Shown here piece after piece: positions 1 through 9,767 of a stretch of 64,000 nucleotides of DNA. The position numbers were made by a program, and so were the translations under genes. This stretch comes from an uncultured Gemmatimonadales bacterium (GTDB lineage: Bacteria; Gemmatimonadota; Gemmatimonadetes; Longimicrobiales; Gaopeijiaceae), in contig CAWGKG010000019.1 of the NCBI GenBank assembly GCA_963823035.1, forward strand, positions 64,001 through 128,000, written 5' to 3'. Within the stretch, counting starts at the first letter, position 1; each line of letters opens with the position of its first letter. The notes under the pieces are model-generated. The model ran no database searches. It saw only the letters and a program-made list of their open reading frames with translations, and was not told where the DNA came from.

Positions 1-2895
1 CGTGGCCTCGACCACGTACCGGAAGTGCTCGCTCGCGTCCGCTTCGTCGCCGAGGCGGCGCTCGGCGAGGCCGAGGAGAAAGCGCACCAGGCGTTCGTCG
101 GGATCGTAGGGCCGGCCCTGCCCGAGCGACTCGGGCCAGGTCAGCGCCGTGCCCAGCTCGTCGCGCGCACCGGCCGCGTCTCCCGCCTCGAGGGCGTCGA
201 GGGCGATCAGGGTGTGCGCCCACGCGAAGAGGCGGTGGCTCTCCCGGGCACCTTCGGACGGAAGGACGCGCACACCCGCGAGGACGTCGGCGGCCTCGGC
301 CGCGCGTCCCACCTCGAGGAGGCTGCGGGTCTCGAGCAGAGCGAGGTCGAAGTCCGCGGGGAAGCGGGCGCGTGCCTCGGCGAGGGCGTCCAGTGAGGCC
401 TCCCAGGCGGCGGCGTCCTGCAGCGCGCGGATCAGCGTGACGTGGAGCACGCGCGTGGTGGGGTCGAGCGCCACGGCCCGGCGGAGGTCGGGCACGGGAT
501 CGGCGCCGCGCGTCGCCTGCACCAGCAGCCCCCGGGCGGCGTACGCCGGTCCGTAGTCGGGTGTGTCGCGCATCGCCTCCATGAGCCCCGCGGCCTCCTC
601 GGCCCGGCCGACGCCCCAGAGGTTCAGGGCCCGGAGGTAGGTCCACACCCAGGCGTCCGCATGCTCGTCGGCCCACGCCATCACGGGGAGGGACTCCGTG
701 CGAAAGGGGAACTGGAAGGCCGGAGGGCCGGCGTCCTCCAGGAGGGAAGCGTCGCGAAGGAGGAACGCCTTCCACGCCCGCGCCTCCGCGGGGAGGGGCC
801 GCCCGGTAGGGAGGTCGAGCAGGGAGAGGGCGTCCTCGGGTCGGCCCAGGTCGACGTAGGCGAGCGCGAGCTCGAGGAGCGTCTGGCCCGGGAGCTCGCC
901 GCCGATCGCCGACCCGAGCGCTCCGGCCGAGGCGGCGTCCGGGTGCTCCAGGTACGCCTCCGCGAGGGCGTCGTGGCGGAGCGGGTCCAGGTCGTTCAGC
1001 TGGGCCATCGCCTCCCGGGCGAGCGCGCGATCTCCGGAGACCCTCCCGACCACGGCGAGCATCCGCCAGGCGGGGAGGGCGTATCGATCGTGGTCGATCG
1101 CGAGGCGCGCGTAGCGTGCGGCCTCCGGCCAGCTCCGCTCCGCCACCATGATCCCGGCGAGCTGCGTGTACGCCGCGGTCCCGTAGGCGGTGCTGCGCGC
1201 CGCCCACCCGAAGGCGTCGCGCGCGTCGGCCGTGTGTCCCAGCGCCCGGTGGTGGATGCCGGCGAGGAAGTTGGCGCGGGCGTCGTAGGCGTCGATCTGG
1301 AGGGCGCGCCCGACCCGCTCCAGCCCCTCCTCGTAGCGCCCCGCCCGGTACTCGAGGTCGGCCATGCCGAGCAGCGCCTCGCGGTTCCACGGCTCGCGGG
1401 CCAGGGCGGCTTCGAACAGCGGCCGCGCCCGGGCGTACTCGCGGCCCTTCACCAGCTCGCGGGCCTGGAAGACCGCCCGGTCGGCCTCCGGCATGGAGGC
1501 GAATGCCTCCGGGTCCGTCTCGAAGGGGCGGCTCAGGCGGCGCGCCGATGCGTTCGAATCGTAGTCCAGGCCCAGGGAACGGACGCGCACGCGCAGGCCA
1601 CGCCCGGGCGTGACGGGCACGGACGTCCGGAACGGCTCCAGCGGCCGCAGCGAGATCGGCAGCGCCGCGACCCGCTCGTCGCCCGACCAGACCTCGAGCG
1701 TGTCGGTGGCGGCGACGAAGGCGTTGACGCCGATCGTGGCGCGATCACCGTCGATCGACGCGTAGAGGGCGCCCCGGTCGGAGGCGTCGGAGAGGCCGCC
1801 CGTCCCCTCCAGGGGGAACCAACGCTCGGTCCACCGCGACGAGGACGCGGGCTCGAAGCCCGCCTGCGTGATCGGGTTCACGTCCTCGCCCGGGGAGTAC
1901 TGCACGAAGAGCCGCCCGGCCTGGAACTCCACGTACTGGCCGTCGGTGTCCGTGAGCAGGTCCTCCCACACGCCACCTTCGCGCGACAGTGCCCACAGCC
2001 AGAGCTTCTGGCCGGGCAGGTCCTCGTAGCGTGCCCAGTGGCCGAAGCCCCAGTCGTCGTCGTGGTAGTAGCCGCCGAAGAAGTCGTTCAGCTCGCCCAC
2101 CACGTGGTACGACTTGTGGCCTCCGAAGGTGTTCTCGCGGTAGCGCGAGAGGTCGCGTCCGCGGTCGTCCACGGGCCACGCGTGGGGCCGACCCGAGTGC
2201 TCGAGGTAGGTGTCGCCCGGGATCGTCATCTCCAGGTCGTTGCGCGCGAACGCCGCTCCGGTCATCCAGTTGTAGTAGGGCTGCTCGAGCGGGGTGGGGT
2301 TGGACCACCAGGCGTTCGTCTCGAACGTCGCGGCGTCGGCGGGGAGGCGGATCTCCACGCGCCAGCGCGTGCGCGACGGGAGGTCCATCGCCCCCACCCA
2401 GCAGCTCACGCTCCCGTCCGGGTTCTCGACCAGGCGATAGTCGACGGGGGTGGCCGTGGCGGGCGTGTGGCCGATCACGCCGAAGTTGAACTCGATGCCG
2501 CCGGAGGTCCACGGACCGCGGAGCGCGATGTTCCTGAACTTCAACACCTCGTTGCGATAGATGAACTCGTGGCCCGTCGCCTTCACGACCGCGCCCCATA
2601 CCTTCCCGCCCACCTCCGGGAGGACGTACACCTCGATCCACGCGTTCTCGAGCTTCACCACCTTCCACTGCCGTGGCACGGGGGTATCCGTGTATCCGTC
2701 GAAAGCGTGGTAGGGATAGAGGCGCGCGTCGCGAGCGAGGATCGGGATGGGGTTGGGCTCGCCGAAGGGATAGGTGCCCAGCGTCCGCACCTCTTCGGTG
2801 ATGCGGGCCGACTGCGCGCCGGCGGGTGCCGCGGGCGCACCGAGGAGGACGAGGACCGCGCCAACACCGGCGACGGGGATCCGGCGCATGGTCAT
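1..2895 (-). CDS. DUF5107-domain plus TPR-repeat exported protein; partial, runs off the left window edge
   Basis: Manual minus-strand translation from ATG 2895 (GAAGGAGG RBS upstream) gives signal peptide MTMRRIPVAGVGAVLVLLGAPAAPAGAQ, then TYPFGEPNPIP...KVVKLENAWIEVYVLPEVGGKVWGA...FIYRNEVLKFRNIALRGPWTSGGIEFNFG, followed by TPR-like helices. Absent from the ORF track, probably because no stop lies inside the window. Confidence 0.8.
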   Translation of the reverse strand, partial: MTMRRIPVAGVGAVLVLLGAPAAPAGAQSARITEEVRTLGTYPFGEPNPIPILARDARLYPYHAFDGYTDTPVPRQWKVVKLENAWIEVYVLPEVGGKVWGAVVKATGHEFIYRNEVLKFRNIALRGPWTSGGIEFNFGVIGHTPATATPVDYRLVENPDGSVSCWVGAMDLPSRTRWRVEIRLPADAATFETNAWWSNPTPLEQPYYNWMTGAAFARNDLEMTIPGDTYLEHSGRPHAWPVDDRGRDLSRYRENTFGGHKSYHVVGELNDFFGGYYHDDDWGFGHWARYEDLPGQKLWLWALSREGGVWEDLLTDTDGQYVEFQAGRLFVQYSPGEDVNPITQAGFEPASSSRWTERWFPLEGTGGLSDASDRGALYASIDGDRATIGVNAFVAATDTLEVWSGDERVAALPISLRPLEPFRTSVPVTPGRGLRVRVRSLGLDYDSNASARRLSRPFETDPEAFASMPEADRAVFQARELVKGREYARARPLFEAALAREPWNREALLGMADLEYRAGRYEEGLERVGRALQIDAYDARANFLAGIHHRALGHTADARDAFGWAARSTAYGTAAYTQLAGIMVAERSWPEAARYARLAIDHDRYALPAWRMLAVVGRVSGDRALAREAMAQLNDLDPLRHDALAEAYLEHPDAASAGALGSAIGGELPGQTLLELALAYVDLGRPEDALSLLDLPTGRPLPAEARAWKAFLLRDASLLEDAGPPAFQFPFRTESLPVMAWADEHADAWVWTYLRALNLWGVGRAEEAAGLMEAMRDTPDYGPAYAARGLLVQATRGADPVPDLRRAVALDPTTRVLHVTLIRALQDAAAWEASLDALAEARARFPADFDLALLETRSLLEVGRAAEAADVLAGVRVLPSEGARESHRLFAWAHTLIALDALEAGDAAGARDELGTALTWPESLGQGRPYDPDERLVRFLLGLAERRLGDEADASEHFRYVVEAT

Positions 2896-2989
2896 CCCTC
2901 CTTCCAGGAGTCGCCCCTCGACCCGATCGGTGGGACGGACGGTAGAAGGGTCCGTCGAGGATGGCAACGCGCCCGGAACGTGCGGGCGG

Positions 2990-3871
2990 CTACGACTCGG
3001 CTTGGCCGCCCGACGCCCCCTGGCCGAGCCACACGCCCGCGAGCACCAGCCCCCCACCCAGCACGACGAAGGGCCCGAACGGCTCACCGAGGAGCGGCAC
3101 GGCGAGCGCGAGCGTCGCGATCGGCTCCAGATAGAGGTAGAGCCCGGCCCGGGCCGCTCCCAGGCCGGCTACGCCTTCCTGCCAGAACCACTGCCCGAGC
3201 GCGAGTCCGGGGATCGCGAGGTAGAGCACGGCGGCGATGCCCCGTGGCGAGAGGGCGCGCACGCTCGCCACGTCCCCGAGGGACGCGAAGGCGAGGCCCG
3301 TGAGCACGGTCGCCACCATCAGGATCACGAACGTGACCGCCAGGGGGCTGCGCCGTCGGGAGAGGTCGCGCGTGGCCACGGTGTAGAACGCCCAGGTGTG
3401 CGCCGACGCGAGGACCAGCCAGTCCCCCGTGCTGCGCAGCCAACCGAGGTCGGTCAGGTGCCCGCGCGAGACGAGAAGGAAGATCCCTGCGGTGGCGACG
3501 GCGATGCCGGCCACGCCACGCCGGCCGATGCGCTCCCGCAGGATCAGGAACGAGAGGAGCGCGAGCGCCAGCGGCGAGACGGATATGATCCATCCCGTGT
3601 TGCTGGCCGTGGTCGACTCGATCCCCCGGATCTGGACGAGGAAGTGGAGCGTGAGGATCGTCCCGCCCAGGAGGATGGGCGCGATGTCCCGCCGGTCGAA
3701 GTCGAGCCGCACACGCTTCACCAGGAGGACGGCGCCCAGGAAAGGCACGCCGATCGCGCAGCGCAGGGCGAAGATCTCGAGCGGCCCCAGCTCCGCCACG
3801 AGGATCTTCGTGGCCACGAACGTCCAGCCCCAGATGACCACGGCGGAGAGGAGGAGGATCCGGGGCAGCAT
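2990..3871 (-). CDS. DMT/EamA family transporter
   Basis: About 10 hydrophobic segments in two EamA-like halves (IWGWTFVATK...GDWLVLASAHTWAFYTV...YLYLEPIAT). Start moved to ATG 3871 (MLPRILLL). Confidence 0.9.
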   Translation of the reverse strand: MLPRILLLSAVVIWGWTFVATKILVAELGPLEIFALRCAIGVPFLGAVLLVKRVRLDFDRRDIAPILLGGTILTLHFLVQIRGIESTTASNTGWIISVSPLALALLSFLILRERIGRRGVAGIAVATAGIFLLVSRGHLTDLGWLRSTGDWLVLASAHTWAFYTVATRDLSRRRSPLAVTFVILMVATVLTGLAFASLGDVASVRALSPRGIAAVLYLAIPGLALGQWFWQEGVAGLGAARAGLYLYLEPIATLALAVPLLGEPFGPFVVLGGGLVLAGVWLGQGASGGQAES

Positions 3872-4057
3872 GGCCGGTGCGAGGAGTGGGCGGGGTCGGA
3901 TCGATGGGGGGTGAGGTCCGGAGTCGAGCGTCCCACAGTACCCACCGCCGCGGCGCTCGCGCCATCTCGCCTTGCAGAAGCCCTTCGCGATCAGCGACCT
4001 TCCTAGAACCGCAGGGACGTTCTCGACCGGGCGGGATGACCCTGGAGGGACGGGAGC

Positions 4058-4288
4058 ATGGCCAAACGCAGAGTCGTTCGTCGCACGCGGACCCGGGTTC
4101 CCGACTACACCTTCCTCGGGTGCCCCCTCACGAAGAGCCGAACCGCGTGGTGCCATCACCTGTGCACGCCGACCCGGGGCATCGGGGCCTGCGGGCGCAT
4201 CGCGCCCCATGCGCTTACGGGGCGGACGCAGGAGGCGATCCTCCGCCACCAGTGTCGGCGAGCCGAGGCGGCTCCCCCCGAATCCTGA
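4058..4288 (+). CDS. small Cys/His-rich hypothetical protein (76 aa)
   Basis: GGAGG and GGGAG RBS-like motifs upstream of ATG; pattern CPLT-x5-WC-x3-C-x8-CGRxAPH; fills the gap ahead of the next gene. Confidence 0.55.
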   Translation: MAKRRVVRRTRTRVPDYTFLGCPLTKSRTAWCHHLCTPTRGIGACGRIAPHALTGRTQEAILRHQCRRAEAAPPES

Positions 4289-4316
4289 CGGCGGCCGGCT
4301 GCCCGGGGGGGAGGTC

Positions 4317-6902
4317 ATGGCCGTGGCGAGGCGGGTGGCAGGCGCGCTGCTGCTGCTCTGCGGCGGCGTTCGCGTCGACGGGGCTCCGGCCCAGCTCGTG
4401 CCTACGGCCTCAGGAGACGCCGCCACGACGGTGGTTCCCGCCGCGCACTGCGAGGCGAGCCGAGCGTTCGGGACCCTGGCGGGCTCGGGGTATCGGGCGC
4501 TCTGGGCGACCCCGATCCGCGTGCCCGTGGCGGACCTCGGCGCGCTGGGTGGGGGTGGGCTGACGCCCTTCAGGGTCGGTGGCGGCGTCACCACGCAGAC
4601 GCTTCACGCCCGTGGGGCAGACGGACGTCGCTACGTCTTCCGCTCCGTCCAGAAGACGACCCGCCAGGCCCTCGCCGAGGAGTTCTGGGGCACGCCCGTC
4701 GAAGCGATCATGCGCGACCAGCTCTGCTCCTTCCATCCGTCGGGAGCCGTGGTCGTGCCCGACCTGCTGGAGGCGGTCGGCGTGCTGCACACGGAGCCGC
4801 GCCTGATGGTGCTCCCCGACGACCCCCGACTCGGCGAGTTCCGGGAGCAGTTCGCGGGCATGCTGGTGCTCTTCGAAGAGCGTCCCGATGAGTCGCCGGA
4901 GGGTGGACCGGGCTTCGCCGGGTCCGACCGCATCGTGCAGATGGAGAACCTCCTCGACGCGCTCGAGGAGGACCCGGACCAGCGGGTCGACGCGACCAAC
5001 GTGCTCCGGTCACGCCTGGTGGACCTGCTGGTGGGAGACCGGGACCGGAGCATCAACAACTACCTGTGGGCCCGTTTCGAAGACCCCGGGGGTGGATACG
5101 TGTGGCGGCCGATCCCTCGCGATCGGGACCAGGCGTTCGTCCGCTTCGATGGAGCGCTCAAGTCGCTGGCTCGCCACTACGAGAACCGACTGGTCGCCTT
5201 CGGCGACGCCTATCCCGACATCGAAGGCCTGACGCGCAACGCGTGGGACATCGATCGGAACCTCCTGGTCGGGCTGGATCGGAATACGTGGGACAGCGTC
5301 GTGCGTGGGGTGCAGGCGGCGCTCACGGACGACGTGATCGCCGGAGCGGTACGCCGCCTCCCCCCGGAGCACCATGCGCTCATCGGAACGCGGATCGAGG
5401 CGAGCCTGCGCCTGCGCCGCGATTCGCTCCCGGCGGCCGCCGAGGCGCTGTACGAGATCGTCTTCGAAGACGCCGACGTGCACACGACAGACGTCGGCGA
5501 GGTGGTGCGGTTGCAGGGCCTCGAGGACGGCGGCGTCCGACTCGCGGTGCGCCGCAGGGGGAAGGGCGGCGAGCGGGAAGGGGTGGGCCCCACACGCTTC
5601 GAGAGGACGTTCTCGCCGCGAGAGACGCGCGAGCTCCGCATCTACCTGCACGGTGGGGACGACCTCGTGCGTATCGAGGGCGGAGCCGCGTCCGGGATCC
5701 TGGTGCGCATCGTCGGCGGAGGGGGCGAAGACGAGGTCGAGAACGCGTCGGGTCGGCGTGGCGTGGTCTTCTACGACGATGGTGAGGGGACGGTCGTGTC
5801 GGGCGCAGGCGTCCGCAGGGTCGGGCGCGCCGCGCCCCGCGTGTACTCCTGGTGGGACGACGGAGAGCGCAGTCCGGACTTCGGCTCGGACGCCTACCTG
5901 CTCCCCGGTCTCGGCTACGACGGGGATCGGGGCCTCGTGATCCGCATGGGGCTGCGACGGATAGGGTACGGCTTCCTCGCGCAGCCCTTCGCCTCACGCC
6001 TGCGGGCGAGCGTGGGGTGGGCCGTGGGGCCGTCCCGTCCGATCGTGGACGCCCACCTCCTCCTCCGGGACCGACTGGCCGGGTGGAACCTCGGCCTGCG
6101 CGGGCGCTGGTCGGGCATCGAGGTCCTGCGCTTCTACGGCTTCGGGAACGAGACCGTGGAGGTGGAGCACCAGGCCTACTACCGGGTGCGGCAGACCCAG
6201 CTGGTGGTGGGCGCCGACCTGAGCGCCGGCGATGGCGACCACCGTCGCGTGAGCGTGGGCCCGGTGCTCCGCTACACCTCGTCCGACACGTCGGACGCGG
6301 CCTTCGTCACCCAAGCACGCCCCTACGGAACCGGGGCCTTCACGCAGGCCGGCCTGCGTGCCGACTTCATCGTCGACGACCGCGACGTCCGGCAGGCGCC
6401 ATGGCGCGGTTACCGCCTGGAGGGAGGAGCCACGTGGTACCCGGGGCTGTTCGACGTGCGCACGCCCTTCGAGGAGGTGCACGGTGAGGCCACGTGGTAC
6501 ACGTCGCCGCCGGGCGGGAACCCCACGCTGGCACTGCGCGCCGGAGGCAAGAAGCTGTGGGGGACGTATCCGTATTCGGACGCGGCGTTCCTCGGGGGCG
6601 CGGACGACGTGCGTGGCCTCCGCGAGCAGCGGTTCGCGGGAGACGCGGCGGTCTACGCGAGCGCAGAGGTGAGGCTCCTCGTCGCGCACGTCTTCGTGCT
6701 CTTCCCCATGGACTTCGGCGTGTTCGGCCTCCTGGACACGGGGCGGGTCTTCCTCGAGGGGGAGACGTCCAGCACGTGGCACGACGCGTGGGGCGGCGGC
6801 CTGTGGTTCTCGCCGGTGGGACGCGAGGCCACGGTCCGGCTGTCACTCGCCCGCCACCAGCAGAATACGTCGCTCTACGTCGGGATGGGCTTCGCGTACT
6901 GA
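4317..6902 (+). CDS. Omp85/BamA-TamA-like outer membrane protein with N-terminal kinase-like domain
   Basis: Signal peptide from ATG 4317; N-terminal GGGVTT...YVFRSVQK...DLLVGDRDRSINN...IPRDRDQAF; C-terminal beta-barrel with VRG-x4-RFAG (Omp85 loop-6-like motif) and terminal LYVGMGFAY. Confidence 0.75.
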   Translation: MAVARRVAGALLLLCGGVRVDGAPAQLVPTASGDAATTVVPAAHCEASRAFGTLAGSGYRALWATPIRVPVADLGALGGGGLTPFRVGGGVTTQTLHARGADGRRYVFRSVQKTTRQALAEEFWGTPVEAIMRDQLCSFHPSGAVVVPDLLEAVGVLHTEPRLMVLPDDPRLGEFREQFAGMLVLFEERPDESPEGGPGFAGSDRIVQMENLLDALEEDPDQRVDATNVLRSRLVDLLVGDRDRSINNYLWARFEDPGGGYVWRPIPRDRDQAFVRFDGALKSLARHYENRLVAFGDAYPDIEGLTRNAWDIDRNLLVGLDRNTWDSVVRGVQAALTDDVIAGAVRRLPPEHHALIGTRIEASLRLRRDSLPAAAEALYEIVFEDADVHTTDVGEVVRLQGLEDGGVRLAVRRRGKGGEREGVGPTRFERTFSPRETRELRIYLHGGDDLVRIEGGAASGILVRIVGGGGEDEVENASGRRGVVFYDDGEGTVVSGAGVRRVGRAAPRVYSWWDDGERSPDFGSDAYLLPGLGYDGDRGLVIRMGLRRIGYGFLAQPFASRLRASVGWAVGPSRPIVDAHLLLRDRLAGWNLGLRGRWSGIEVLRFYGFGNETVEVEHQAYYRVRQTQLVVGADLSAGDGDHRRVSVGPVLRYTSSDTSDAAFVTQARPYGTGAFTQAGLRADFIVDDRDVRQAPWRGYRLEGGATWYPGLFDVRTPFEEVHGEATWYTSPPGGNPTLALRAGGKKLWGTYPYSDAAFLGGADDVRGLREQRFAGDAAVYASAEVRLLVAHVFVLFPMDFGVFGLLDTGRVFLEGETSSTWHDAWGGGLWFSPVGREATVRLSLARHQQNTSLYVGMGFAY

Positions 6903-6957
6903 GGCTCGCGGTGCCGGGCCGCTGGACGAAGACGGCCTCCACGTGCCACGTTCGGGC

Positions 6958-7557
6958 ATGACGCCAACCGACCCCAGGGACGCACGAAGGCCCACGTCCA
7001 CCGCTTCGGCGGAGGTCACCACGCTGCTGAGACGCTGGAGCGACGGTGACGAGCACGCCCTCGAGCGTCTCATGCCCCTCGTCTACGAGGAGCTGCGACG
7101 CGTCGCCCACCGCCGCCTGGCCGGCGAGCGCACGGGCCACACGCTCCAGACCACGGCGCTGGTGCACGAGGCGTACGGTCGCCTCGCCGAGGCCGACCTC
7201 CCCTGGCAGGATCGCGCGCACTTCTTCGCGCTCGCGGCGCGCACCATGCGGCGCATCCTGGTGGACTACGCACGTTCGCGCCTCGCCGAGAAGCGGGGGG
7301 GCGGCGCCCAGGCGGTGCCGCTCGACCAACTCACGGTGGAACTGTCCGCCGGCGGCGAAGACGCGGAGATCCTCGCCCTCCATGAGGCCCTCGAGGCGCT
7401 GGAGCGGCAGGACCCGCGCAAGGCCCGCGTGATCGAGGCGCACATCTTCGGGGGGCTCACGTACGAGGAGACCGCGGAGGCGCTGGGGATCTCGCCCGCG
7501 ACCGTGGACCGCGACCTCAGGCTGGCCAAGGCGTGGCTGGCCCGGGAGCTGGGGTGA
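6958..7557 (+). CDS. ECF sigma factor, TIGR02999 / kinase-associated type (ECF-1)
   Basis: VTTLLRRWSDGDEHALERLMPLVYEELRRVA...HTLQTTALVHEAY...RAHFFALAARTMRRILVDYAR...GISPATVDRDLRLAKAWL. Confidence 0.93.
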   Translation: MTPTDPRDARRPTSTASAEVTTLLRRWSDGDEHALERLMPLVYEELRRVAHRRLAGERTGHTLQTTALVHEAYGRLAEADLPWQDRAHFFALAARTMRRILVDYARSRLAEKRGGGAQAVPLDQLTVELSAGGEDAEILALHEALEALERQDPRKARVIEAHIFGGLTYEETAEALGISPATVDRDLRLAKAWLARELG

Positions 7558-7584
7558 GGGAATAGCGCGCGGTTTTCCGCCCTA
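7555..7584 (+). promoter_or_regulatory. candidate ECF promoter overlapping the ECF-1 stop codon
   Basis: TGAGG GAATAGCGCGCGGTTT TCCGCCCTA; resembles the sites at 12784 and 20414, and is followed by TGGGA as at 12784. Confidence 0.35.
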
Positions 7585-7635
7585 TGGGATGAGGACCAGA
7601 ACGGCCGGTTCGGCCGGCCCATCCCAGGAGCGATC

Positions 7636-9717
7636 ATGAACACGCGCACCCTCCCCCATCGGAAGCACATTCTTCGCGGCGTCGTCGTCTTCTCCCTCGC
7701 CGCCGTGGCCGCGTGCAGCGACAACCTGACCGCCCCCGACCTCCAGGACCCGGACCCGGCTGGAGGGCAGCCGCCCGTCGACCAGCCTTCCGGGGATTCG
7801 ACCAGCATCACGCGCGGCAGCGTGAGCGCGAACGGCGACGTGAAGGAAACCGAGGACGGGTTCAGCGTGGACGGCGAGCTCACCATGAGCGTTGGCGACA
7901 CGAGCACCGTCGTCTTCCACAACGCCGACGTACAGGTCCACTTCGACGCCAGCGGTCGGATGACCGGCATGAGCGGTACGGTGGACATTCCCTCTCCGCA
8001 CAAGCGCATCACGTTCGAGGATCCGGTGCAGGCGCACGTCGGGATGTTCACGGGCAAGGTCCTCAACGAGACCGCCGACCTCCCGATCCTCCTCCGCGAC
8101 GACACGAACTACTTCGTCTACGACGTGAAGGCGTCGTACCAGATGAACATCGCCACGGGCGACACCGGCGAGGACGCGGTGAAGCCGATCGCGGTGAGGG
8201 CGCCGCTGGGCGGACGCATCACGATGATCATCGACTACACGGACCCGATGTACTTCACGTACGGTGCCCTCGACCTGCTCGGATCGAGCGGCGTGGCGTG
8301 GTCGCTGCACCACCGGCTCCCCTTCAAGCCGTGGAATCCGGTGGAGGACCTGGGGTCGTTCGAGGGCGGCACCGAGCGGGTCGGCTCGATGACGATCTTC
8401 AAGATCCTCGGCGTGGAAGGCCAGCTGGTGGAGAACGAGTACAGCGAGGTCCACCTCCTGCAGGAGGATCCCTTCGCTTCGAGCCTGCGCGCGGGCTACC
8501 AGGCGGGCTTCAACGGCAACGGCAGCCTCGACCTCTTCGTGAAGGACGTGGTCGGCATCGACCTCCCGCTGGCCAGCGTGAGCGGCGGCGTGTGGAGCGA
8601 GCTCAGCACGGGCGACGGCTTCCAGGGCCACCTGTACGCCCGCGGCCGCACGACGAACGACTACTCGTGGTGGCCCACGTTCATTCCGGCGCGCCCGGTC
8701 ACGACGCTGGACGTCCACAGCTTCCTGAAGAGCGACGGCGAGTTCGACGTGGCGCTGCGCGGCGAATACGGCTGGGACTTCCCGGCGGGCCGGCAGAGCA
8801 TGATCGGCGAGTTCGACCTGAGCAACGAGGCCTTCACGCTCCAGGGCACGATGGTGGCCGCGGACGACAGCATGAGCGTGGGCGGCGTGGTCACGAAGGA
8901 CGCGACGACGTTGTACGTGGAGCCACCGCAGGGGCTCCTCGACGGCGTGCAGAAGCAGGTGAACGACGAGGTGTTCTCGCGGATCGACGAGGCGCAGAAG
9001 GCGTGGGAGAACCTCCAGAAGGCCACGGAGGACTACGAGGTCGAGCTGAGCCTGCGGGGCCTGCGCTCCTCGCTGCCGGCGATCGCCGACAAGGCGAAGG
9101 CGGAGCTGCAGAAGCGGGTTGCCTCCGCGATCGCGGGGCAGAAGGGCAAGATCTGGTACAGCGACTTCAAGAGCCACATGAACTCGGCGGTGAAGCCGTA
9201 CTACAAGCAGCTCGACGAGCTCAAGGCGGCCGCCGGCGACATCGGGGACAACCAGGTGAGCCGCGACAGGATCGAAGCGGCGCTACGCGGTCTGGCCGCG
9301 AAGAAGATCTTCAGCACGACCTACAAGTACACGAAGCCGATCGTGGGCACGCTGTACTCGCGGAAGATCACGGTCCGTATCATGTCGGACGCGCAGGCGG
9401 CCCAGCTCGTCAACGCCGCGAACAACGTGAAGTACATCAAGGAGACGTCGGATCGCCGCATCAGCATGAAGCAGATCTACGACCAGGTGGACGACAAGGC
9501 GCTCTTCGAGAGGGTGCGCAACGACATCAAAGACGGCATGATCCGGATCCGTGGCGTGGAGCAGCTGGGTGTGGTGATCCAGCACGGACGCGACAAGCCG
9601 GTCTTCGACCTGTACGTGAAGATCGACGGCGAGCGCTACGAGGCCGGCAGCATCGAGGCGTTGACGGTCGCCGAGTTGGCGACCAAGGTCGCCGAGATCA
9701 TGGTGGACCTGCTGTAG
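7636..9717 (+). CDS. hypothetical lipoprotein (693 aa), beta-rich N-terminus and helical/coiled-coil C-terminus
   Basis: AGGAG RBS; lipobox VAAC-SD; intact ORF with strong GC3 codon bias. Confidence 0.85.
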   Translation: MNTRTLPHRKHILRGVVVFSLAAVAACSDNLTAPDLQDPDPAGGQPPVDQPSGDSTSITRGSVSANGDVKETEDGFSVDGELTMSVGDTSTVVFHNADVQVHFDASGRMTGMSGTVDIPSPHKRITFEDPVQAHVGMFTGKVLNETADLPILLRDDTNYFVYDVKASYQMNIATGDTGEDAVKPIAVRAPLGGRITMIIDYTDPMYFTYGALDLLGSSGVAWSLHHRLPFKPWNPVEDLGSFEGGTERVGSMTIFKILGVEGQLVENEYSEVHLLQEDPFASSLRAGYQAGFNGNGSLDLFVKDVVGIDLPLASVSGGVWSELSTGDGFQGHLYARGRTTNDYSWWPTFIPARPVTTLDVHSFLKSDGEFDVALRGEYGWDFPAGRQSMIGEFDLSNEAFTLQGTMVAADDSMSVGGVVTKDATTLYVEPPQGLLDGVQKQVNDEVFSRIDEAQKAWENLQKATEDYEVELSLRGLRSSLPAIADKAKAELQKRVASAIAGQKGKIWYSDFKSHMNSAVKPYYKQLDELKAAAGDIGDNQVSRDRIEAALRGLAAKKIFSTTYKYTKPIVGTLYSRKITVRIMSDAQAAQLVNAANNVKYIKETSDRRISMKQIYDQVDDKALFERVRNDIKDGMIRIRGVEQLGVVIQHGRDKPVFDLYVKIDGERYEAGSIEALTVAELATKVAEIMVDLL

Positions 9718-9767
9718 ACCGGGTGACCCTGATGCCGCTTCACGATCACACCTCGACGGGAGGGTAG

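Noticed and set aside
442..3303. 953-aa plus-strand ORF and similar long antisense or alternate-frame ORFs (e.g. 7582-9177, 32468-34540, 37683-39467, 60277-62388)
   Set aside because: These are shadow ORFs of real genes in high-GC DNA: Arg/Gly/Ala-rich, without motifs, and overlapping clearly recognisable proteins.
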